DNA of 63,367 nucleotides, counting the filler, from Rhabdomonas costata (Eukaryota), in the NCBI GenBank assembly GCA_019059605.1. It is 38 parts of 38 records of this genome, joined end to end, with 100 filler letters (N's around TTAATTAATTAA, not from the genome) between each part and the next. Parts side by side here need not be neighbours in the genome. Positions count along the whole stretch, not along the records: positions 1 to 1,567 come from JAHMHO010012823.1; positions 1,668 to 3,238 come from JAHMHO010012824.1; positions 3,339 to 4,908 come from JAHMHO010012825.1; positions 5,009 to 6,578 come from JAHMHO010012826.1; positions 6,679 to 8,248 come from JAHMHO010012827.1; positions 8,349 to 9,918 come from JAHMHO010012828.1; positions 10,019 to 11,586 come from JAHMHO010012829.1; positions 11,687 to 13,258 come from JAHMHO010012830.1; 30 more parts are not named here. The stretch is one strand, 5' to 3'. Shown here piece after piece: positions 1-13,488 of the stretch (positions are counted from its first letter, which is position 1; the number at the start of each line of letters is the position of its first letter). The translations under genes and the position numbers were made by a program. The notes under the pieces were generated by a model. The model saw nothing but the letters and a program-made list of their open reading frames with translations. It ran no database searches and was not told the origin of the DNA.

Positions 1-188
1 CGTTTTTTTGCCCAACAGTTCCAGCTTTCGACTTCAGGCGCATTGTTTTTGCTCACATTCTCAGGGTATTTCCCCACAACTGTCCACTTCCATCTGGAGC
101 ACTGAGCAAATGCCGTGACCCTCTTCACCACGCAGTGGGGCGCAGGGTGCTCGGCTGGTGTTAGGTGTAAGAGCTGTCTTCCCTCCAA

Positions 189-242
189 CAAATGGATGAG
201 GTTTATATGCAAATGGATGAGGTTTATATGCAAATGGATGAG
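189..242. repeat. 21-bp tandem repeat, about 2.5 copies
   Basis: CAAATGGATGAGGTTTATATG at 189 and 210, partial copy at 231. Confidence 0.95.
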
Positions 243-625
243 TTTTTGAAACCACAGTCGCATCAGAGAGACAATGCGCTCCACGCTCTCGAGTCACCGA
301 GATCAAGATGCTCCGGGAGGGTTTTACATGCTGTAAAACCGCTATCTCACCGACCCGCCCTACCTGCCACACTGGCGCTGGCGGCACTGGTGCCCAGGCA
401 GCTCTGGCAGCTCACCAGGCACTCCAGCAGAGCCCGCCGCAAGGAGTCTGGACACACAGAGTTCTGCTTCAGGCGCTCGTAGGCAACTGCGAACTTCCGG
501 GCCTCGCCCTGCCCGCCCCTCGCCGAGATCTTATGCCCCACCTGTGCGTTTGTGGGACTCAAGGATGAGGGGGCAAAAATAGAAATGCGGGTGCCTAGGT
601 TGGAGGTGCGGAAACGCTTCACCTT

Positions 626-699
626 ACAACACAGGATCTACTTTCTTCTAGTGTTAAGGTTCACAACACAGGATCTACTTTCTTCTAGTGTTAAGGTTC
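626..699. repeat. 37-bp exact tandem duplication
   Basis: ACAACACAGGATCTACTTTCTTCTAGTGTTAAGGTTC at 626-662 and 663-699. Confidence 0.95.
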
Positions 700-1567
700 G
701 AGGGATTTCTCCCGATGCTCAAAAACCGGGGGCAATTACCACCCACAAGAGCAAACTACCCAGCATAACGAGTAGGATGCTCATAGGACGCAAACTAGTA
801 TGAAGGTGGAGGAGGTCTTCGCGATGCTCGACGGCTGTATAATACTTGATTGCTGATGCACTGCACTTAAACAGAAAATATCCGCACCGGTAATTTTCCT
901 GTGGTGCGAAACTGATGCAGATTTCGCAAATTTTTACGTTTAGAGATGAAAAACTGCTTTTTCATACGATTCTCACCCAAATTCCGCCTTCGAGGGGGCC
1001 GTGATTACTTCTGGAGAAGCCATTCTTTTGTTGACCAAAATTTTAAGATGAATTAATGAGACCAACCGCACATGTTCAAAGTCCAACGCAAACCATTCCC
1101 ACAGCACATTTCCGTTCCATTCAGAAAAAGGCCACGGGAGAACAACTACCGCCACACACACAGCCATCATAGCTCGATATGTTCACTGTTTCTTCAGCCC
1201 TCTGCCCTCACAAGAGCCACGTGGTTACAGGGCATCCACACCGCCGCACACAACCGGTCCTCCGCGATGGGAAGGGAGAAGGTTGTGTTGGCGAGGGTCT
1301 TCTCGCATTTCTGCAGAAGCTCGGACTGGCCTGGCCCAGCCAGGTGCTCGACCAGTCGCCGCAGGCTGGCCCCAGTCGCGGTCGGGGTGCCAGCAGTTGG
1401 GCTACCACCCCAAACCCCATTTCCCGGTGCATGGGCTGACATATATGTGCCTGCACCCACCCGCGCCACAACCACACACTACGTCTGTAACGGTCACAGC
1501 GTGCAAGGGCGGCGAAACCCTAGGTGAACATCAGGCCCATTCAAAGAACAAAGAACTCGATACATTT

Positions 1568-1667
1568 NNNNNNNNNNNNNNNNNNNNNNNNNNNNNNNNN
1601 NNNNNNNNNNNTTAATTAATTAANNNNNNNNNNNNNNNNNNNNNNNNNNNNNNNNNNNNNNNNNNNN
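1568..1667. other. Artificial contig linker (44 N + TTAATTAATTAA + 44 N), first of 37
   Basis: An identical 100-nt spacer with stops in all six frames recurs about every 1.67 kb, separating contigs of near-identical length. Neighbouring contigs are therefore not genomic neighbours. Confidence 0.99.
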
Positions 1668-2314
1668 AAGAAATGGACCTTTTCTGCCCGAATGGGAGCG
1701 CGCCGCGTCAGTTGATTACCTCGTCTTTGGGGGAGGCTTTCGAGAGAACTGGATGTCGGTTGGATCCACGCCTATGCTCCATCAGTTTCCCTCTTCATGT
1801 GAGACTATTTTGCTGCCTTTTTTTTGGGGGGGGGGATAGGTGAACTTCCGGTGGACGTCCTGCAGGAACGGTTCGGTTGGTTGAATAATGTTGTTTAGGA
1901 GCCCTTTTCTTTCGGAGTATGGGCCGAACGCTTTCAGGCGTAACGGTTTGCTTCTTTCGGAAAGCCACAATTAGAAACGCACTTGACGAAGTAAATGTGG
2001 CTGTGTGAGATCTGCTTCGGTTATGTAATTGTGTGTGGAAGTGCTGTGTAGAAGCTTTCCTGTGTAGAAGCTTTCTCTCCAAACAAGTCCGTACTTTGAG
2101 CGGCGTTGCTAATATTTCAGTTCACCGCTACTGCTCTGCTTTTCTTATACCCTTGTTCTGCTCTTTGTTGAGTGGTGTGAAAACCGTCTGAGAAAAAGGA
2201 ACCTTGTCTTAACTCAGCTCCTATTGGAGTGCTTGGATCGGCTTCTGGTGGAGCCCTGCCCTCTGAGTTGGCCTTGTTGTTTCACTTGACTTTGCTTTGG
2301 AACAGAAAATCGCA

Positions 2315-3238
2315 ATGCGAGTCCGTCTTCTCTTCATCTCCGTCGTTGCCGTTGTCTTGGCGGTGATCCCTGGGGTTCTCTTTGCCTGCTTGTTCCAAAC
2401 CCTTGCCTTCGCTGCCCTGGACCGCGCTGGCTCAGTCATGAGCAGTGCCCGCGGCCTGACTCTGAGTGCAGAGCGTTGTGTGCGCGTGGCCACAGACGCG
2501 TCGCGCAGTTCAGCGAACTCATCCGAAAGAAGTCTGTATGCCACCAGTGATGTCCTGGGCTGGTCACAACTCCTCGCCCTTGGGCTGCACTCGAGGGCAA
2601 TGGGGCGAATGGAGACTGCCGTCAGCCGCCGCTTGGATGCCGCGGAGGGCGTCACTGAGGCCATGGGAAAGGCATGGGAGCGGGGCTTCCTAAGGTCATG
2701 CAACCTAAACTCTACAGGGCTCACCTTCACCTCCTTTATGGCGCAGTTTCGGGAGCAAGTGCAGCCCTTTCCGCACTGTTTCAAGTACATCTATTACGAC
2801 GAGCCTAACCCGGTGATGTCTGGAGAGTTTACCGACTGCGGCTGGGCCGACTCTTCGAACTACACATTTTATGCGATGGGAGATGACCAGCGCTACGTTT
2901 ACTGGGGAGATGAGGGGCCCCAGAGCTTCTTGAACTCCCTGTGGAAGGACGAAGCCATTACTTTTTACTCCTATACCCCGCAGCGGCTTGCAACCCTGGA
3001 AAGTGATGGTTTTCTGTGGGGGTCCTATATCTACGTTGACGTCATTGATGGGCTTCCAATGTCTCCTGTACTGCTTTATTCGCGGTGGCTTTCAACGAGG
3101 AGCGATGGCAGCATCACCGGAATCTTCGGCGTGGATTTGGACATGGACTTTTTGAGCAGTTCGCTGCAGAGCAGCCTGGTTACCCCAGAGTCGTTGGCGT
3201 TCATCAATGACGTCAACGTAGATATAGGACCCCCACAA
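2315..3238 (+). CDS. Membrane sensor protein N-terminus (TM helix plus probable Cache-like domain), 3' partial
   Basis: Open frame of about 308 codons from ATG 2315 to the contig end. Hydrophobic N-terminus RLLFISVVAVVLAVIPGVLFACLF, then FLWGSYIYVD...DGSITGIFGVDLDMDFLSSSL, resembling the dCache W..PY.D / G.f.GV.gvD..l..l pattern. Confidence 0.65.
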
Positions 3239-6200
3239 NNNNNNNNNNNNNNNNNNNNNNNNNNNNNNNNNNNNNNNNNNNNTTAATTAATTAANNNNNN
3301 NNNNNNNNNNNNNNNNNNNNNNNNNNNNNNNNNNNNNNGGGGGGTGGTTGATGAAAAGCAAAGTGAAAAATGACAGCTGGGACAGCAAAAGAGATGGCAC
3401 TGAAAGGCCGTGGAGAAGCGAAATCCAACTTTTCAATGGTGTGGGATTTTGTCGTCTCGGTTTTCAGAATGCCACAGTGCGCATATTAAAGCAATTACTC
3501 GCACTGACTGATGCGGTTGGTTTACTCCACCCCGTCGCCCCTTATGCCCGGGGTGCCACCGCAAACTGCACCAACTCCTGCCCTACTTTACCAACTTTAC
3601 ACCCTCCCCGCCTGCATTTCCACCAAAGCACATACTCATCGCTGACCCCCGCGCATGCAGTCATGAAGGTCACTGCTGCATAATCGAAATATCGATCCCT
3701 CCGACAGCTCAGTCAGGGCTATAAATGTATGCGCATGTGTGGGGGTCCCCAAATGACTCAGGCATGAAACAAATCGGGAAAAGCGGTCACGGCTCACACA
3801 TAGCCGCTGCCCACATTGCCCCTAGCGAAAACACAACAACTCGTGAAACTCGCGATGATTGATTTCACTCAATACACAATGGACCCCCACGGCCCGAACT
3901 CATCCCCATCACTTGCCTATATGGGCCCCCCGTGCCCCCTGCTTAAAACACGACGAAAATCAGAAATATGAGCAGCGCAGTAAAAGACAGGCAGTCCTCG
4001 CAAAGCTACAAGGCACGGGTGTACGAAACAATAAGCAAAGCTATCTATTTCCAAAGACATTGGAAGAGCGCACAGGCAAAACGGACACACAAAAAATTTA
4101 CGACCACACTGAATGTGCTGGGAGTGGTAACATTATTGACATAGGGTGAGAGGGCGACCTCAGGCCGAGAGGGGACGAGGGACGGCGCATTCCCCTCTCA
4201 CTAAGAGAAGACGGGCAACATAGAAAGGGCTACTGCGAAACGGGCTGCTCGTTGTAGTTCCGAACGCTGAGGCTTCCCTTGCGGCGGACAAGGCCAGAGG
4301 TCGGTCTGGGCTCAGCCGACGACGAGCGCTGCACACCCCCATTAACCCACCCACAGATTCACCAGCACTCCCGCAATTTCTCAGGGATTCCCACGGCCCT
4401 TTGTTTCACCTTTCAAGAAAGTAGTCACACTGCTTCATAGAATTTGATTCGATATTGGCGCACCGTAGGCAATAATCGGCCTAAATCAACCTACCTGCAC
4501 TGTCTGATGGATCTCCGTTTACACCTACACGACTGTTTTGTTTCTAGTTTGTATTACTCACTGACTGCTTCTTCGCTTTGAATTCGAAATGTTTTTCGCT
4601 GTTTTTGCTGTCCCCCCCCCCTCTCTCTCCCGACGCACTGTCAGACAAGAGCCCCAAACCTTTTCCCCGTCTTGAACATTATTTTACCGAACCGCCCAGC
4701 AAATGCTGTGCATAAGTCAGCCTCTTCTTATCTTTCGTTTCCATAGCGCACACAATCACGGTTAAGCCGCACCAAGAGACACCAACAATGGCACTGCGAG
4801 TGCGATTTGTGTTTTTTTGGACGCCCCTTGCCAGACATTCGATTGAGCCGTGTATGCGTTTGTACCGCACCTGCCGCAACACGCCATTACGCAAACAGAA
4901 CAACAACCNNNNNNNNNNNNNNNNNNNNNNNNNNNNNNNNNNNNNNNNNNNNTTAATTAATTAANNNNNNNNNNNNNNNNNNNNNNNNNNNNNNNNNNNN
5001 NNNNNNNNGTTGTGTCTGAATTGACCATTGGTTTCGTCTTTTTTCTGGGGAGGGGATACAATGCCTGATCCTGCTGCAATGGACTAGTCCGGCGTCTGAC
5101 GTTGAAAGCAAAGCAAATCCTCCAACTGATTTGGAGAATCAACAACGTTTGCCTGCTGAGTTACACTTCTTCCATGCCTTTCGGCCGCAATCAGGCATTG
5201 TATCCCCTCCCCAGAAAAAAGACGAAACCAATGGTCAATTCAGACACAATATGGCAAAAGCTGCCAGCGGAGTATCTGAGAAGTGTGTCATAAATACGAC
5301 AAGAGAATGAGCGCGTCATCCAATAAAAGCGCTCTCTATAAAAGGGGTCCCGAAAGGAACCGAAGCGATAGGTGTCAAATAGGTGTGTCTGTCATCCCAG
5401 ACCCGCACACACACTCCAAGGTCACCCGAAGAGAGAAGAGAAGTTCTCCACAGATTACACGACTTTCCTACCTCTGCTTTCGAATGAAAGACAAACCCCA
5501 CACAAAGTGAACACGGACATTCTACAATTGGCATTGATTCGTTGTACATTTTGATGTCATGCACTTCCCATTGCGCAGGACACTTACACAAGGAAGGGCA
5601 TGGCAAAAACCAAAGACCGGAAACACTCCGCCTAAGCTCTGCGTGTGCTCTGTAAAAAGAATGTAAAGGTGATAGTGCCAGAACTCTGATGCAGAGAAAG
5701 AGACGCCTCCAGAGGCAGGAGCTCCGATTCCTCGAAGCCTCAAAGGCCCGGTGCACGCAAATATCTGGTGCGAGGGAAACTGCCGACTTTCTTCGGCTGC
5801 GGCGACTGCGAAGGATGTTGGTGGTGAAGGCAAAGGAGGCAAAGAAGTGGGAAATAACAAGAAGAGGAAAGCCAAGTCACTGAAACGGCGGAGGGGAAGG
5901 GTTGTGTTCTTGAGCTCCGAGAAGCTCCGTGTTGGAGGAAGGGTGAAGATGAAAGAGAGGGCCTGTTCACCCGTCTCACTCTATGCAATGCAAAGAGCCA
6001 AACGAAGCATGCGTTATTTTCCTTAACCTGTTTCTTAACCCGAAATCAGAACAAAGAATCCGAAGAAAGTGATCACACGTATAAAAAACTCAAAACTGAC
6101 TCCTTCCCCACTCGCCAATGCAACACGTTCGGATACACCGTAAGCAAAAACGAAAGGGAACACTATTATAGAAGGAAAAAGACACTATTTACCGCCCCCC

Positions 6201-8870
6201 CTCCTCCCACCCTCAAAAGGAACCCATCGACACATTCCCAGGACGAATACCAAAAAGGCAATTCTTCAATCATTCTTATTCGGATGGAGAAACGCCTCTC
6301 CCTTTTCGCTAAGCACAGCTTGGGCAAGGGAGAGAGCGCTTCCGCTCTGAACTGGCGGGCGAAGCGTGAAGCTTCAGGGGAATTCGAGTGGAGCCACTCT
6401 TGCTGGAGTCGTACACCACGGCAAACCACTCCACCTATGATAAATACCGCCGGCTCAGGATTGCTTGACTTGACAGGAAAGGCGAGCAGCGACCGTCGCC
6501 TTTGGACGGTACTTCAAGCGCAGAGCATTGGCGGGTTCACGCACCATCAGCTGAATAAGGCGATCAACCACAACCCACNNNNNNNNNNNNNNNNNNNNNN
6601 NNNNNNNNNNNNNNNNNNNNNNTTAATTAATTAANNNNNNNNNNNNNNNNNNNNNNNNNNNNNNNNNNNNNNNNNNNNTGTTGGTTGGAGCAATATCGCT
6701 GTGGTGTGGTCGACAGGACGTCGTGTGAGGGGACGTGTGTTTCTCTGGCACGCCGTGTGTGCGTGTCTAGCAATTGACCTCGCGGAAGGGAGATGGCGGA
6801 AAGTGGCAGTTGTAAGCTGCCGTTGTTGCCGCTGTTGAAAGCCAATATCTGCTTAGGAATGTGGAGTCCGTCTTAAAAGGTTTCAGGCTGCTGCCTACTC
6901 GATCGGCCTTCCAAATCGTTCAAGCTCAATATGAGGAACGCACCGTGATGGAAACATTCTCCAAAAGAGGGCACATGACCAATGCGTGAGAATAAGAATG
7001 CTGTTTCATGGTGTCAGCGTCAATTCAGCATCCATTAGCCCATTATCGTTTTCCCACCACTCAGGGCAGTCGACCTTTCGTGGGGTGGTAACGCTGTCAC
7101 TAGGCCGCCGAATGAGTTCCGGAAACCGGGAACCTTCCCCCCGTGGGTTCCAAACGCGGTTGGTGCGCCCGATTGCCTCGGGTGTTACCCTTTTTGCCCC
7201 AAAAGACTTTAGCCGAGGCTTTTGCTTTTCTGTCCGGCCATTTGCTTTAACCGGTGCTGTTTGAGTGTTCTCCCGTTTTCCCGCCACGGAGCGGGAGAAT
7301 CTTTCAAAGAGGGCGGGATCAAGACCGGCCAAAATCACCGGCAAAATAACTCTAATTGCGTTCGCCCAAGCCTATAGCCTCCGATCACTCCTTTACCCCC
7401 CCCCCCTCAAGATCGCTTTGCCCACGCTTCCGCCAAGGACCAAATCCGCAATTAGACTTGATTCGTCAAACTCCCCGCCCGACGTGCCTGTTTTCCTTCA
7501 AGCGCAGCGCCCCAAAGGGGACTTGACTGCCGGCGGAAGGGGGATAAACCCCCATCTCCTTTACAACCTCGCTTGCCCGCGCTGCTCGCGCTCCAAAATG
7601 TTTGTCAGAGCATATTTGATCAAACTTTCCGATCTTTGCACTTCATGCGCTCATTGGTGGACTTCCGGATTCTCTCAATTCGAATCTATGCCATATCTGG
7701 TCCGATAACTCTCCACGATTCGCCTAGTTTTCTGCTCATGCGGAATATATCAGCATACCCGTATGCTCGATATTGCCTGGTTGATTCCCGTGCGGATGTG
7801 GTGACAAGCGTGACCCTGCAACTACAGGAGTTCATGTTGTCGTTCCGTTGGTGCGCCGGCTTCCGGTGCGTCGGCGCGTCCGCTCCCACGAAAATACAGC
7901 ATTTCCTTTCGATCCCTTTTCTTGTCGGCTTCTCTGTCCCAAACGGCTGGCAAAAACTAAAAATCCACTTTTCAACCGGTGTTGTTGTGAAATCTTCTGC
8001 TGCTGCTGCTTAGTTCAGCCCACCTTTTTTACGGCCTTCCGCTCGGTCCATCCGGGCCTATCCCTCAGGCATTAGGTCTTTGGAGGATGTTCCTGCATAT
8101 TTCAAATCCTCTCCACAATTTTCCCTGCAGGCTCCGTTTTGAATGGAATGTGATAAGGCAAATTCGCCAAAAGGGGGGACGCAGGCATGCTGTAGCACGA
8201 AGGCAGGACGAACACGGAGAACAGGCCACACCTGTGAAAAAAGCGAGCNNNNNNNNNNNNNNNNNNNNNNNNNNNNNNNNNNNNNNNNNNNNTTAATTAA
8301 TTAANNNNNNNNNNNNNNNNNNNNNNNNNNNNNNNNNNNNNNNNNNNNGGGTTGGTTGATCCCATCCCATGGCCCCTCAGTCCTAGTTTATACTTAACGT
8401 GAAACGCATAACGGCGTTAAACGTTTTAAGACTGGGACATCGTTATTTTGGGGCGGAGCCAGTCCATCGGGCGCCGGAGGGCACGGGGTCAAACACAAGT
8501 TCATTTTGACGTAAAACTGTGTTTAACGCGGAGAAATTATTTCCAAGCGCAGGAGTGAAGGAAATATCCACTACACAGTGTCAGTTTGCCTAAAGGAACA
8601 AGGTGTATTCTGCCAATGCCCCAGAATGAGAATTTTATTAGATTTAAGTATTACTGTTTAACCGTTTAACGTTTAACGCTACCCGCCCGTAACAAAGAAA
8701 TGCGATATTCTTTTTTTTGGGGGGTGGGGCGTAGCCCTGTGATGAGGCGTGATGAAATACCGCCGCAGCCAACCCAAACGAACCACATCCAAAGCAGCAA
8801 CGAAGCTGAGACCGGCGCCGTCGTTCACTCTCTACTCTCTATGAAACATAAAAAAAATACGCGAAAATAC

Positions 8871-9649
8871 CGTGCCACAGCTCAAGGACATCCACGGCGG
8901 CCAGCCTCTTCACCGGAACAACCTCAGCACAGTCAAAGGTGGCGTAGCTCCGTGCAATAATCTGCTTCAGGTCCGCAGCGGGGATGTCATCCACAAAAAG
9001 TTGGATCACTTCCAGCGCCAAGTCCTATCCCATCCACCCGCCCACCACAAACCATGCACACAAAAACCGGGGGTGCAGCCCCCGGTGGAAGGCCACCTTT
9101 TCCCTGCCTTGATATGTCACGGCTACAAATGGGAATCGCTGATCAGGCCAATGGGGAATTCGGATATGGTTCCATGCATTTATTCCAGCCGGGGGGTAGC
9201 AGAGTGCACTTCTCCGCCGTGTTCTGTCCAGGATCCAAGGTGCATCCTCTCAAATCATGCAAATCTTGGTGCTGGACTACCGGAGATGTGTGGAGCCTTC
9301 AAGAAGCTGGAGTAGGGTACAAAAATGAGAGAAAGGTCTATAGATATTCTGTGAGAATCTGGCTAAATTTCACTACCACGCTTTCTTTGCGAGGCCGAAC
9401 TCTTTGCTCCGCGGCTGACTGCTGTCAGGCATTGTGTTTTCTGATGCCTGCATGTCTGGTCTGGGACCTTGCCCGAAGCCAAACTTAGAGCGCCCTCTGT
9501 CAGTGTCGACATCGACACAGGCGAGGCATCAAGGCAACGAAGCAACCACCACACCCCTGCTAATTACCTACAGCATACATGGAAGCTCAGAGCTCTCCAC
9601 GACTCCAGCTTGGACTCGACCCGGGGTATCGTCTCCGGAATAAGCAGCC
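8871..9649 (-). CDS. thrC: Threonine synthase, two internal exons
   Basis: Exons 9649-9579 (GLLIPETIPRVESKLESWRALSFH) and 9024-8871 (DLALEVIQLFVDDIPAADLKQIIARSYATFDCAEVVPVKRLAAVDVLELWHG) join in frame across a GT-AG intron. They match the Thr synthase N-domain leading to LELFHGPT.AFKD. Confidence 0.9.
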
Positions 9650-10609
9650 CTGGGGTCACACACGATCGCAGATTGCGTAAAAAGGTAAAGGGGCTCCAGT
9701 TGAAGTGTGACAGAGACTAGCGGAAAATGAATCTTTCAAGTGGAAAGGAAATGATGCTGAAACGAAAAACAAGGCAAGCGGAGCGACTGCAGCTGCGTTT
9801 TTCACGAAAAAAGCATTCCGTGGCGTTCGGAAGCTTTGTGCGGGCAATTCGGGGCCCACAGTTGCCCACTGAGACGCCCAATTCCCTCTTCCGTCCCCTA
9901 ATGATGGTGTCGCGATTTNNNNNNNNNNNNNNNNNNNNNNNNNNNNNNNNNNNNNNNNNNNNTTAATTAATTAANNNNNNNNNNNNNNNNNNNNNNNNNN
10001 NNNNNNNNNNNNNNNNNNGTGGGGTTTTGCAACATCCCTGTATCGCCGAGAGGATTTTGGAAAGGGGGGGAGGCTGCAAAGATTGCCGGTGGTAAGAGAA
10101 AACTCGCTAATGGCGCTTGGAAGAGGGCAAGTATAGCTGTACAGATGCTCTCGAGATAGATCTGTGTTAGGGTTGGGTGAAGTTTTTCTTTTGGTAATGG
10201 GTTTTGCGTTTTGGTTAATGCGTTTTGGGTAAGTGGTGCACTCCCCAAACAGGAACGTGGCATGGGAGGAGGGGGTATGCATCATTCGATGCGTTTTAAT
10301 TATGAAGCAATTTGAATGAAATGGATACCATAGTCTTCGGCTTCGGGTTCTGGCTTCGTTTCTGGGTTCGGGTTTCGGGTTCACTAACAATGGGCGGGTT
10401 CGTAGTGGGGCTGGGGTTCGTTAGCGGTCAAATTGATGGGCGATTGTGAGGTCCCTGGCGTTACGACAGGGATACATTACCACCCTTACACCTCCATCCC
10501 AAGTTAAATTAAATTAACTGGCGAGCTTTTTAATCCCCTCGCGACTGTTGGGCCTTCCTCTCATTCTTTTGCCCAGCTTGGCTTTTTACAAGTATCCTCA
10601 TACAGTCCT

Positions 10610-11406
10610 ATGGCTGGATTCATGGCGGTGCCTCCGCTTGCTTCTTTGCTCCTTCTGGTGGGGTTGATTCTTCACACATCAGAGGGACTTATGCCCACGG
10701 AGCCGGTCCCAGCGGCCTATGCTCGAATCGAGACTTGCAGTGGGTATCCCCTCACGCCCTAGAGTTGGGACAGCAACAGCAACTTGCTCCCTAGCGGTTC
10801 ACACGTGCTTCTGTTTGTTACCTTCCATCCGGGGTCTGGGAATTGAGCAAGTTTCCCGTTCCCACCGAAACTCTGAGCACTTTAACTCTTTTTTTTTCAG
10901 CTCTAACTCTGTTCAGAATGTTTGGCTGCGCGACTAATAATAATGTAATTCAGACCACAAGGAAATGTCGGCGACCGCTTCTGGTTAGCATATGCGGTAA
11001 GGTCTTGACCCCTGCCACCACCACAGCAGCTGTGTGAGAGACAGTGGGCATTCAACCTCTCAGGGAAGCGAAAATTGCTTAAGTATGAATGGTACTATTC
11101 ATTCGATTTCGGTTTTCTTTGGCATGCCTGACGTCTCGCAGTAATTCGAGTTATAATAATTTCGCTGGTCGGATTCGTTTGGTTTTACTGTGCTGTTTTT
11201 GCGACCCCCCAACTCTTCGGTTAATGCACGTGTTCAGGTGCCGGTTGAACCACCTGCCCAAGGTGCGGAACTTTGTGCACGTCGTGTCAAAGGAGTTCCC
11301 TGCTCTGACGGTGAAGTTTATTGGGGGGAAGTCTCCCACCCTGATGCTGTTTGATCAGGACGACACCTTGGTTGCGGAGACGGACATCAGCTCCTTGGAC
11401 GAGGCG
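10610..11406 (+). CDS. SELENOM: Sep15/SelM-family thioredoxin-like protein, Cys homolog (CSGC), 3' partial
   Basis: Exon 10610-10743 (signal peptide...AYARIETCSG), GT-AG intron 10744-11237, exon 11238-11406 (CRLNHLPKVRNFVHVVSKEFPALTVKFIGGKSPTLMLFD...). Resembles SelM ARVETCGGUQLNRLKEVKAF...PGADPELVLL. Confidence 0.85.
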
Positions 11407-13488
11407 GTGCGAGCTCTTCCTAACCCAACTCACCCGCGCTTGCATTCTACCTTCGTTGTGCTCGGTAGCGCCACTGAGTAATGAGCTATTTTCCCTGGGA
11501 ACGTCCTGGGAACGCTCCCAAATGCCGATAGGCTTCATATGCGCTTTAGGCGTTTTTCCGTTCGCTCTGGCTTGGTAACCAAAACCNNNNNNNNNNNNNN
11601 NNNNNNNNNNNNNNNNNNNNNNNNNNNNNNTTAATTAATTAANNNNNNNNNNNNNNNNNNNNNNNNNNNNNNNNNNNNNNNNNNNNAACCACTGACCCCA
11701 TTGCAAGTGTCCAAGGACATAAAAACTAAAAGACATAAGACTTAACCTGGGTAAGTGAGAATCCAAGTCGAAAACAAGATTACAGTCGATGATTGAATTG
11801 CGGGATCATCCTTTCCAGTGGGAGCCGCTACCAAAGCGATAAAGCGATCATAGCGCGTAATTGTAGGGCTCCCCGCAAATGCTCAATGCGCGCGGCCGTC
11901 GACAGGAAATTCGTACAGCGAACCAAAGATGACGCGTACCGTTGTCCCACCAACCTTCGCAGGCATTGAGGCAGGCCAGAACCCACAAAATAAACAAGAA
12001 GGCGAAAGCCATCGGTCGACAAAAAGCAAAAGCTAGGCCAGAAGAGCGAAAACAGAATTGCGAAAGGAGACATTTCCGTCCGTGTCAGAAAGCTTGAGGT
12101 CTTTGCAATGAACAGCGTACTTACTTTGGCAACTGTCACAATTCTGCATTGCAGGAGTCACAAGTGTACCCCCCCCCGCTCCCGGACAGAGGCAAGTTGC
12201 TGGGGGAGGGGGTGCAGTATCGTAACCAGAACCCTTACTTTGTGGTGTGCGCTCTTCTCCCACGGGTGCCCTTCGCAAGCGGCCTTCTCCCAATCTCGGC
12301 CGGTATGTCAGACGCAAGATGCGGTGTGCGGTGGTTCGGATTGCAGAGGCATCTGAAGTCAGCTGTTGGTTTGAATTGTGGAACTCGCAGGACTACAGCG
12401 GACGCTCATATAGAAGACAATGACCGCGAGCCGACTTAGCGAGGTTGCAGTTTCCAGTTGAGTTCAGACTTCCCTAGATTCGGCCTGAACAAGGAGTTGC
12501 TATGCTCGACGTTGTGCGCCAAATAAGAGCCTTTGTGCTTTGCTCCAGACGGCCAGGTGGCCAACACATGCTGCCATGCTGCGGTTGGGAGACACCTGTC
12601 GTGGCATTACCACCCTCTTCCGCTGAAAAGCAGGAAACCTGTTTGGGGGCACCCAAACCCCACTTTCAATCGCTGGCAATGTGCTCACAAAACCCCACCA
12701 GTGCAACAAACAACGTTCAGATCTCAGCAAGCCGCTAAAAAAGAAACGCCGGCAGGTGTGGATGTGCGTCCGCGGGCAAAGTGTGCAACAGTGAATTGTA
12801 TGTACATGCGTTTTGTTTTGCTGAAGGCCGAATTCCTCGAGCGAGTCCTTGTCCAAGAACACCAACTCTCAAAGAGAATATGCGCTCTTGTCACTTAATT
12901 TCGGCCCAGCCATGCGCGAGTCCGTCACATAAATTGCCCAATGAGCATACCAACACGAAAAAACAACAACACGAACCACACTCATGCAAAACCCGCGTGC
13001 TTCAACCTATGCCCTGCCTTGTTCTGCGGCCTTTTCTTCCCTTTTCTTCAGCCGGTGCTGCCTCAGGGTGTTATAATCCTCATCCATCAGGTTGACCAGC
13101 TGAAAGCGGCTCATGCACCCCGCGATGCGTCTGTCCAGCCCCCCTAGAATCATCTCCGGGCCAGACGGGAGTTTGCGGTGCCTTTGCCCACCCTGTGAGA
13201 AGTCGAACGGGCACACACACACACACACACACACACCCACCCCCCAACACACCCAACANNNNNNNNNNNNNNNNNNNNNNNNNNNNNNNNNNNNNNNNNN
13301 NNTTAATTAATTAANNNNNNNNNNNNNNNNNNNNNNNNNNNNNNNNNNNNNNNNNNNNGTTGGGGGTGTGGTGCTTTTGTAAAGTGCCAACAGATGATAT
13401 GGGGCTGCATCGCCTGAGGAACGGTAATTGCACACACCTCATCCCGAAAATTTTCCTCCGAAATGATTGTGAACCGATATATGCATAC

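Noticed and set aside
690-720. GGTTCGA as a tRNA T-loop (also near 35315 and 60222)
   Set aside because: No cloverleaf stems flank these motifs. No tRNA, rRNA or SL RNA gene was recognised in the window.
1612-1623. Regularly spaced TTAATTAATTAA as a biological repeat or CRISPR-like array
   Set aside because: It is always embedded in 44+44 N, so it is a synthetic six-frame-stop linker. ORFs ending in X-runs are artefacts of it.
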